Source: an uncultured Phycisphaeraceae bacterium
GTDB taxonomy: Bacteria > Planctomycetota > Phycisphaerae > Phycisphaerales > UBA1924
Assembly: GCA_964640595.1 (NCBI GenBank)
Contig: CAZXGL010000019.1
Span: forward strand, 5,075-69,074
Length of the DNA stretch: 64,000 bases
Direction: 5' to 3'
The position numbers and the translations under genes are program-made. Positions 56,943 to 64,000 of this stretch are shown here, one piece after another. Below the pieces are notes generated by a model that saw only the letters and a list, made by a program, of their open reading frames with translations, did no database searches and was not told the DNA's origin. Each line of letters opens with the position of its first letter. Position 1 is the first letter of the stretch.

Positions 56943-58235
56943 CTACTGGAGCGACTCGATCATCTTGACCATGGGGAGGAACATCGCCACGACGATGGTG
57001 CCCACCATGCCGCCCAGCACGACGACCATGAGGGGTTCGAGCAGCGACACAAGCGACTCGACCGCGACATCGACCTCTTCGTCGTAGTTGTCGGCGATCT
57101 TCATGAGCATGGCATCCATGTCGCCGGTCTCCTCACCAACATCGATCATGTTGACCACGATGGCGTCGCAGGTCTTGGACTCGCGCAGCGGGCCCGCGAA
57201 GCTCTCGCCCTCGCGGATCGAGTCGTGGACTTTCTTGAGAGCCTTCTCGTAGACATAGTTGCCCGAGGTTTCGGCGGTGATCGTGACCGCTTCGAGGATG
57301 GGCACGCCCGCACCGATGAGGGTGCCCAGCGTCCGGGTGAAGCGGGCAATGGTCGTCTTGCGGATCAGCTTGCCGAAGATGGGGGTCCAGAGCAGCAGCA
57401 CATCGATGGCTGCCCGACCCGGAGGGGTCTTTCGGAGCAGCTTGTATGCGATCGGGATGGCAATGAGGATGCCGACAACCGTCACCGCGCCCTGACCCAT
57501 GAACTGGCCCGGCTGGGTTCCGGCCATCCAGGACGAAGTCTCCATGAGCCACAGCGTCAGGCCGGGCAGCTCGACCTCGAAGTCCTTGAAGATATCGGTG
57601 AACTTCGGGATGATGAACACCATGATGAAGGTCAGGATGATCACCGCGATCAGGATGACCACAACCGGGTACACCATCGCGCCCTTGATCTTGCGCTTCA
57701 GGCGTTCGCTCTTCTCCATGAACTCGGCAAGACGCTGGAGGATCAGGTCCAGCACGCCGCCGATCTCACCGGCGTTGACCATCTTCACATAGAGATGGTT
57801 GAAGGCCTTCGGGAACTTGCCCATGGATTCGGAGAGCGAGCTGCCGCCCTCGACTTCCTCGGACACACCCATCAGCACGGACTTCATCTTGCCCGGCTTC
57901 TGCTGGCTCTCAAGGATCTGCAACGAGCGCAGCAGCGGCAGGCCGGCGTCCTGCAGGGTGGAGAGCTGGCGGGTGAACAGGGTCAAGGCCTTTGGCTTGA
58001 CGCGACCGAAGCTCATGCCGCCGCCGGCCTTCTTCTTCTTGGACTTCTTGGCTCCGGTGGCCGCCTCGGCGGCCCCCTTGCCCTTGGACTTCTTCTCCTT
58101 GACCGGCTGGACCGAGGTCGGGAAGTAGCCCTGGGCCTTGATCCGCTGCAGCGCTTCCTCGCTGCTGGCGGCCTCGATCGTGCCCTTCTGGGTCTTGCCC
58201 GAGGCGTTCAAAGCCTGGTAGGAATAGGTCGCCAT
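56943..58235 (-). CDS. pilC: type IV pilus / T2SS platform protein (PilC/GspF family), second copy
   Basis: MATYSYQALNASGKTQKGTIEA...FTRQLSTLQDAGLPLLRSL...MVNAGEIGG. It has a Lys-rich insert after the first 45 aa. Confidence 0.9.
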   Translation of the reverse strand: MATYSYQALNASGKTQKGTIEAASSEEALQRIKAQGYFPTSVQPVKEKKSKGKGAAEAATGAKKSKKKKAGGGMSFGRVKPKALTLFTRQLSTLQDAGLPLLRSLQILESQQKPGKMKSVLMGVSEEVEGGSSLSESMGKFPKAFNHLYVKMVNAGEIGGVLDLILQRLAEFMEKSERLKRKIKGAMVYPVVVILIAVIILTFIMVFIIPKFTDIFKDFEVELPGLTLWLMETSSWMAGTQPGQFMGQGAVTVVGILIAIPIAYKLLRKTPPGRAAIDVLLLWTPIFGKLIRKTTIARFTRTLGTLIGAGVPILEAVTITAETSGNYVYEKALKKVHDSIREGESFAGPLRESKTCDAIVVNMIDVGEETGDMDAMLMKIADNYDEEVDVAVESLVSLLEPLMVVVLGGMVGTIVVAMFLPMVKMIESLQ

Positions 58236-58293
58236 CGCACACTCCTCGCGGTCGCCTCACCGGGCGACCGATGCCGAACAGGTCATCGCCGGA

Positions 58294-60024
58294 TCACTCT
58301 TCCGCCAAGGTTTCACGGACGACCTCGTCGATGGTCGTCATGCCTTCGTAGATCGCCAACAGGCCGCACTCACGCAGGCTGCGCATGCCCTTGCGTCGGG
58401 ATGCGGCCCGGAGCACGGCCGTGCTCGCTTCTTTCATCACCAGCTCACGCAGCTCGTCGTCCATCCGCATGATCTCAAACAACGCCATGCGGCCCTTGTA
58501 CCCGCCGCCCACACCGGCTCCGGATGCCGGGCGGTAGAACTGGCGTCCCTTGATATCCGCGGCGGAGAGGTCAAGCTCCATCAGCTCCTGCTCGCTCGGG
58601 ATATAGGCTTCCTTGGTCTGCTGGTTCAGCGTGCGGACAAGCCGCTGGGCCACGATTCCCTCAAGCGTCGCGGTCAGCAGGAATGGCTCAACGCCCAAGT
58701 CCACGAGACGAATGATCGAACTCGGCGCGTCGTTGGTGTGCAGCGTGGAGAGCACCAAGTGGCCCGTCAACGATGCCTGCACGGCGATCTGCGCGGTCTC
58801 AAGGTCGCGGATCTCACCGACCAGAATTACATCGGGATCCTGGCGCAGGAAGGACCGCAGCGCCTTCGCAAAGGTCAGACCGGCTTCCGGATTCACCTGC
58901 ACCTGGCAGAGCCCGTCGATGTCATACTCGACCGGATCCTCGGCGGTGAGAATTTTGGTCTCGATGCGGTTGAGTTCCGCCAGCGCCGCATACAGCGTCG
59001 TCGTCTTGCCCGAGCCTGTCGGCCCGGTCACGATCACGATGCCGTTGGGCTTCTCGATCAGCGCATGGAACCTCTCCAGGTCATCCGGACGGAAACCGAC
59101 ACGATCAAGCGACAGCTCGACATTGCCCCGGTCGAGCACACGCATCACGCACGACTCGCCGTAGATGGTCGGCAGGATGGCCACGCGGAGGTCAACCGGG
59201 TTCCCCCCCACCGTCAGCTCGATACGCCCGTCCTGCGGCAGACGACGCTCGGCAATGTCCAGGTTGGCCATGACCTTCACGCGGCTGGTGATCGCCGGAC
59301 CCAGGTGCTTCGGTGGCGGCACCATCTCGTACAGCACGCCGTCGATGCGATACCGCATCTTGAACTCGTTCTCGAACGGCTCGAAGTGAACATCGGACGC
59401 CCGGTCCTTGATGGCCTGGAGCAGCACCAGGTTGAGCAGCCGGATGACCTGGTTATCGTCCGCCGCCTCAAGCACCGCGTCCAGGTCGATGGACTGGTCG
59501 CTCATCCCCCCCAGATTCTTGAGCTTCTCGTTGCCGGCCAACGCCCCCACCACATCCGCCATCGACTCCTCTTTGGAGTAGTGCTTGGCGATCAGGGCAT
59601 CGATGGCATCCGACGGGGCCACCACGGCATCCACCTTGGCACCCAACAGCAGCCGGAGATCGTCGACCGCCTGGAACTTGGTTGGATCCTTGATCGCCAC
59701 CCGGAGGTGCTTGCGGGCCGGATCCCACTTGATCGGAACGACCTGATAAGCCCGGGCGTTCTCGGACGGGATCGCCGCCAGCGTCTCATCCGGAATTGTC
59801 ATTTTGGACAGCTCGATGAACTCCATCCCAGCCTGTCCAGCCAGGGCCTTGTCTACATCCTTCTTGGTGCAAAATCCCAACTCGACCAGCAGCACACCCA
59901 GAAGCACCTTCTGGGTGCGTCCCTTCTGAACTTGCAAGGCCTCGTGGACCTGCTCGCGTGTTACCACGCCAAGCTTGGTCAGCACACGACCGATCTTGCG
60001 ACCCTTGAGTTCAGCGACATCCAT
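58294..60024 (-). CDS. pilB: PilB/GspE-family assembly ATPase with MshEN-like N-terminus
   Basis: ATG 60024 with AGGAG RBS. Walker A GPTGSGKTTT, and GEIRDLETAQIAVQASLTGHLVLSTLHTNDA. Confidence 0.9.
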   Translation of the reverse strand: MDVAELKGRKIGRVLTKLGVVTREQVHEALQVQKGRTQKVLLGVLLVELGFCTKKDVDKALAGQAGMEFIELSKMTIPDETLAAIPSENARAYQVVPIKWDPARKHLRVAIKDPTKFQAVDDLRLLLGAKVDAVVAPSDAIDALIAKHYSKEESMADVVGALAGNEKLKNLGGMSDQSIDLDAVLEAADDNQVIRLLNLVLLQAIKDRASDVHFEPFENEFKMRYRIDGVLYEMVPPPKHLGPAITSRVKVMANLDIAERRLPQDGRIELTVGGNPVDLRVAILPTIYGESCVMRVLDRGNVELSLDRVGFRPDDLERFHALIEKPNGIVIVTGPTGSGKTTTLYAALAELNRIETKILTAEDPVEYDIDGLCQVQVNPEAGLTFAKALRSFLRQDPDVILVGEIRDLETAQIAVQASLTGHLVLSTLHTNDAPSSIIRLVDLGVEPFLLTATLEGIVAQRLVRTLNQQTKEAYIPSEQELMELDLSAADIKGRQFYRPASGAGVGGGYKGRMALFEIMRMDDELRELVMKEASTAVLRAASRRKGMRSLRECGLLAIYEGMTTIDEVVRETLAEE

Positions 60025-60202
60025 CGAACGCTCCTGACGCAGCCCGACCCATGGCCGAACCACAAGATATCCGCAGTTCGCCCCCGCCGGTTCTGGAGGG
60101 GAGCCCAAAGAAACGCATTCCAACGATGCGACACGCGGCAAATCGATCAACTGCGAGGTCGCAAGCCGCAGTCCACCCCCTCAGGACCACCCCGCACACC
60201 CT

Positions 60203-61327
60203 TTAGTTGATGTCCTTGGAAGCCTCAGGATCATCCAACTCAGGACGCCCGATCACCCCGCCCGCCTGATGGACACGCGTCCGGAGATCACCCGGGTTCT
60301 TGCACTTGTCGATCATCTCTTCCGCCGAGATCATGCCCCGGCTGTAGAGCGACCAGAGGTGGTCATCCAGCAACTGCATGCCGTACTTCTTGCCTGTCTG
60401 GATGGCCGAGTCGATTCGGAACGACTTGTTGTCACGGATCAGGTTCGCGATGGCGGGGGTTACCACCAGGAACTCATACGCCGCCACCATGCCCTTGGTG
60501 TCAATCCGACCCATCAGCACCTGGGACAACACCGCAATCAGGGCCGTCGAAAGCTGGACCCGGATCTGGTTCTGCTGGCTCACGGGGAAGGCGTCCACCA
60601 GACGGTCAATGGTCTTGGCAGCACCCGTCGTGTGGAGGGTTCCGAACACCAAGTGGCCGGTTTCCGCCGCTCGGACTGCCGCCTCGATCGTCTCGAGGTC
60701 GCGCATCTCACCGACCAGAATTACATCAGGGTCCTGTCGCAGGGCTCGACGCAGGGCCTCGGCGAAGCTGGGCACATCGTTGCCCACCTCACGCTGGTTC
60801 ACGACGGATTTCTTATGGGCATGGTAATACTCGATGGGGTCTTCCATCGTGATGATGTGCCGGTCGAAGTGCATGTTGACATAGTCAATCATGGTGGCCA
60901 GCGAGGTCGTCTTTCCTGAGCCGGTTGGCCCGGTGATCAGGAAAAGCCCGCGGGGACGCCGGATCAGGTCCCGGCACATCTCCGGGAGACCGATCTGCTC
61001 AAAGGTCAGCAGGCGGTTGGGGATCTGACGGAGGACGATGGCCAAGTCGCCCTTCTGGCGGAAGACCGACACACGGAAGCGGGCCGCTTCGCCGTAGGCG
61101 AAACCGAAGTCGGTGCCGCCCTCTTCCTGGAGTTCCTGCTGGTTGCGTTCCGGCGTGATGGCCTTCATGAGCGAGACCATGTCATCCGAATCGAGCACCT
61201 TGGTCTGTAGGTTGCGCAGTCCGCCGTGGAGTCGGATGGTGGGCTGCCGCCCCACCGTCAGGTGAAGGTCGGACCCGCCGGTCTTGACCACGGTGTCGAG
61301 CAAACGGTCGATCTGAACGGTGGACAT
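60203..61327 (-). CDS. pilT: twitching-motility retraction ATPase PilT
   Basis: Sequence includes GSDLHLTVGRQPTIRLHG...GPTGSGKTTSLA...GEMRDLETI...TGHLVFGTLHTT...AIANLIRDNK. Confidence 0.92.
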   Translation of the reverse strand: MSTVQIDRLLDTVVKTGGSDLHLTVGRQPTIRLHGGLRNLQTKVLDSDDMVSLMKAITPERNQQELQEEGGTDFGFAYGEAARFRVSVFRQKGDLAIVLRQIPNRLLTFEQIGLPEMCRDLIRRPRGLFLITGPTGSGKTTSLATMIDYVNMHFDRHIITMEDPIEYYHAHKKSVVNQREVGNDVPSFAEALRRALRQDPDVILVGEMRDLETIEAAVRAAETGHLVFGTLHTTGAAKTIDRLVDAFPVSQQNQIRVQLSTALIAVLSQVLMGRIDTKGMVAAYEFLVVTPAIANLIRDNKSFRIDSAIQTGKKYGMQLLDDHLWSLYSRGMISAEEMIDKCKNPGDLRTRVHQAGGVIGRPELDDPEASKDIN

Positions 61328-61396
61328 CTCGTGTCTCTCCCGGGGGTGCGATCTGGTACTGGAGAACTTGGTTCGTTCTTGAGGGGATATGCCGAA

Positions 61397-63112
61397 CTAG
61401 TGTCCGCCATCGGACTGGCTGACACGCGCGATCTCTTCAGGGGTGGTCGAGCCATTGAGCACCTTGAGGCGTCCATCCTCGAACAGCGGACGCATACCGG
61501 AACTCAAAGCGGCCTTGCGGAGTTCAGCCGCGGGTGCCAGCTTGAACGCAAGCTCGCGGAGTTCCGCGTTCATCAGCATCATCTCGAAGATGCCCTTGCG
61601 CCCCTTATACCCGCCCGGCGCGGCTTCACAAGGCACGGCCTTGTACACCTTGCCCAGCGCATCCTGGACTTTCAGGTTGATGAGCGAGAGGTACTTGGGG
61701 TCCAACTCTTCCTCGGTCGCCAGCTTTTTGGAGGGGTCATACAGAATCCGGATCAACCGCTGGGCCATCACCGCCTGGATCGACGATGCGACCAGGAACG
61801 GCTTGATGCCCATATCGATCAGGCGGGTGATCGCGCTCGGCGCATCGTTGGTGTGCAGCGTCGAGAACACCAGGTGGCCAGTCAGCGCGGCCTGGATGGC
61901 GATCTCACCCACCTCACGGTCGCGGATTTCGCCCACCAGGATGATGTTCGGCGCCTGACGCAGCATCGAACGCAGGATGGCCGGGAAGGTCAGCCCGATG
62001 CCCTCACGGACCTGGCACTGGTTGATCCCGTCGAAGTTGTATTCGACCGGATCCTCGGCCGTGATGATCTTGCGGTCGGGCCGGTTGAGCACATCCAACG
62101 CGGAATACAGCGTGGTCGTCTTGCCCGAGCCGGTCGGCCCGGTCACCAGGAAAATGCCGTTGGGTCGCTTGATGATGCGGTTGAAGATATCCAGGTTGTC
62201 CTGCTCGAAGCCGAGATTCACAAGGCCGATGCGGACGGCATCCGGACGGAGGATACGGAGCACCACCGACTCGCCGTGATACGCCGGGCAGGCCGACACA
62301 CGGTAATCGATCTGCGTGCCGCCAACGGGAATCTTGATGCGTCCGTCCTGCGGGATGCGCTTCTCGGCGATGTTCATGCCCGCCATCAGCTTGATGCGGG
62401 AGAGGACGGAGTTCTGCATCCGCTTGGGCAGACTGTCGCGCTCCACGCACACACCATCGATGCGGTAGCGCAGACGAACCCGATCGCCCATCGGCTCAAT
62501 GTGGATATCGCTGACCCGCATCCCCACCGCTTCCTCAAGGATGCGGTTGCACAGCTTGACGATCGGCGAGTCCTCGCTCGACACATCGATGGACTTGTCC
62601 ATCGAACGGTCCACCGAGCGGTCGATTGACCGGTCGATCGAGTCGGTGACCAGGGACTCCTTCGGTGCCCCACCGGGCCCGGCCCCCGGGCCCTCGATAA
62701 AGGCGCGGATCTGGCTCTTGGGAGCGATCCTCGGCTCAATATCCATATTGAGCCGGAACCGCAGATTGTCCATCAGCTCCAGGTCCATCGGATCGTGGAT
62801 GATCAGACGCATCTTGCCCCCGGCCTTGCCCAGCGGCAACACCAGGAACTTCTTGATGATCCCCTCATCCAGGGACTTGCGATCGATCTGGTCCTTCACG
62901 CCCGGAGCGTCGAGATCGACATACTCCAGGCCGTACTGCTCGGCCAGAGCCTTGGCGACCTGCTTCTCAGACGCCAGACCAAGCTCCATGGCGGCCTCGC
63001 CGATCCGCTTGCCCGTCTGCTTGCCATGCTTGAGGGCGCGGTCCGCCTGCTCGGCGTTCATCACGCCGGAACTGACGAGGATCTGGCCCAACTTCTTCCG
63101 GGTTCTCGCCAT
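61397..63112 (-). CDS. PilB/GspE-family ATPase, additional paralogue, MshEN-like N-terminus
   Basis: ATG 63112 (MARTRKKLGQILVSSGV...) with GGAGGA RBS. Walker A GPTGSGKTTT, and GEIRDREVGEIAIQAALTGHLVFSTLHTNDA. The longer track ORF is an Arg/Gly/Pro-rich extension. Confidence 0.9.
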   Translation of the reverse strand: MARTRKKLGQILVSSGVMNAEQADRALKHGKQTGKRIGEAAMELGLASEKQVAKALAEQYGLEYVDLDAPGVKDQIDRKSLDEGIIKKFLVLPLGKAGGKMRLIIHDPMDLELMDNLRFRLNMDIEPRIAPKSQIRAFIEGPGAGPGGAPKESLVTDSIDRSIDRSVDRSMDKSIDVSSEDSPIVKLCNRILEEAVGMRVSDIHIEPMGDRVRLRYRIDGVCVERDSLPKRMQNSVLSRIKLMAGMNIAEKRIPQDGRIKIPVGGTQIDYRVSACPAYHGESVVLRILRPDAVRIGLVNLGFEQDNLDIFNRIIKRPNGIFLVTGPTGSGKTTTLYSALDVLNRPDRKIITAEDPVEYNFDGINQCQVREGIGLTFPAILRSMLRQAPNIILVGEIRDREVGEIAIQAALTGHLVFSTLHTNDAPSAITRLIDMGIKPFLVASSIQAVMAQRLIRILYDPSKKLATEEELDPKYLSLINLKVQDALGKVYKAVPCEAAPGGYKGRKGIFEMMLMNAELRELAFKLAPAAELRKAALSSGMRPLFEDGRLKVLNGSTTPEEIARVSQSDGGH

Positions 63113-63360
63113 CCGGGGCGATCCTCCAAGGGGGGAAGGGAACTTCAAGGCTGCCCAAGCGAACGGCCGAGGCATCGGAGACGGCCGATCCGAAAAACGG
63201 TCCGGGGCCGACATGGTAGGGTCGGGTCGGGTCCGGGTCGTCGCGGGCGAGTCCCCACGGGCGCACAATGCCCGTCCCACCCCCCACCCCCCATACGATT
63301 CACGCCCGACCCCTGTTCCCCGGTGCCACACCACACCGAACCACAAAGCCAGGACACCCC

Positions 63361-64000
63361 GTGCCCCACGCTTCAACAAATCTTCGCCTGCTCATCACCG
63401 CGGGTCCGACCTACGAGCCGATCGACGCGGTCCGCTTCATCGGGAATCGCTCTTCCGGGCGACTCGGCTCGTCCCTCGCGGACGAGGCCGCCGAACGAGG
63501 ATGGATGGTGACGCTCCTCCTCGGCCCCAACGCGGTCACGCCAAACAATCCGCGTGTCCGTCTGATCCGCTTCCAATCCACGGCCGACCTTCAGTCCCGA
63601 CTCACGGAGTTCCTGCCCGCCTGTGATGTCCTCATCATGGCAGCCGCCGTTGCGGATTACCGCCCAACCGCCGAGGAAATCGACCCCCTTGGCAAACGCC
63701 GACGCACCCAGGAAGGGATGACGCTGCGTCTCGAGGCCACCCCCGACCTTTTATCTGGGTGTTCTTCCCAGGCAAGGCCGGACCAACTCCTCGTGGGGTT
63801 CGCCTTGGAACCCGCAGCGCAACTGATGGAATCCGCCCGGGCGAAACTTGCCCGGAAGTCCATCGACCTCATCGTCGCCAATCCTCTTGAGACGATGGAC
63901 AGCCCGAACATCCGAGCGTGGCTGCTCGGCAATCCGAACCGTGGCATCCCGCTGGAGGTTTCCACGGGGAACCCCATCCCAAAGGACCGCTTTGCGGCCT
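63361..64000 (+). CDS. coaB: phosphopantothenate-cysteine ligase (stand-alone CoaB domain), 3' end off window
   Basis: Not in the track because it stays open to the window end. GTG 63361, then LRLLITAGPTYEPIDAVRFIGNRSSGRLGSSLADEA...IMAAAVADYRP...LVGFALE, which is the DFP/CoaB signature. There is no room upstream for a CoaC domain. Confidence 0.7.
   Translation, partial: MPHASTNLRLLITAGPTYEPIDAVRFIGNRSSGRLGSSLADEAAERGWMVTLLLGPNAVTPNNPRVRLIRFQSTADLQSRLTEFLPACDVLIMAAAVADYRPTAEEIDPLGKRRRTQEGMTLRLEATPDLLSGCSSQARPDQLLVGFALEPAAQLMESARAKLARKSIDLIVANPLETMDSPNIRAWLLGNPNRGIPLEVSTGNPIPKDRFAA

Overview
This is a GC-rich bacterial chromosomal segment. Its gene content looks PVC-like (Planctomycetota or Verrucomicrobiota): many prepilin-type N-termini, a DUF1559-like protein and a PEP-CTERM protein. 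That taxonomic call is inference only. Almost all real genes are on the minus strand, and many long plus-strand ORFs in the track are antisense shadows. I support about 55 CDS, 5 tRNAs (Arg-UCU, Tyr-GUA, Thr-UGU, Val-GAC, Pro-UGG), several intrinsic terminators, one promoter/operator candidate and one probable pseudogene.

Contents in order:
- 1-1445: a PD40/tricorn-like protease fragment.
- 1725-2397: three small stress-type envelope proteins; the first two (52 and 58 aa) are too short for the ORF track and the third appears only inside a longer ORF.
- 2814-6228: a CusRS/CopRS-like two-component system, divergent from a frameshifted cupredoxin-like pseudogene.
- 6817-11372: PEP-CTERM and DUF1559-like proteins, RNase Y and a lipoprotein.
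- 11527-16947: scpB followed by a lipoprotein, DUF58, transglutaminase and PilZ gene string.
- 17204-19203: a CheY plus GAF-HD-GYP pair.
- 19320-30887 (locus A): sensor kinase, STAS, GspE, GspF, PilM/N/O/P-like proteins, GspG/H/J/I-like pseudopilins and a LamG-bearing terminal pseudopilin.
- 30990-35537: a tRNA cluster, OmpA-like protein, an enlarged prepilin peptidase, and xseBA.
- 35569-45233: a hypothetical secreted protein, then an Opp-like ABC operon with three enlarged permeases and a glycosyltransferase-like gene.
- 45483-63112 (locus B): PilB, PilT, PilB, PilC and five hyper-expanded pseudopilins, ending in a 1,937-aa GspK-like giant.
- 63361-64000: the start of a stand-alone coaB.

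I saw no secretin, CRISPR array, integrase or transposase.

The most interesting signals are the giant pseudopilin operon, the kinase-STAS-ATPase head of locus A, MshEN-like c-di-GMP motifs in all three GspE/PilB ATPases, and the decayed copper-protein gene. All homology statements come from reading motifs by eye; no searches were run.
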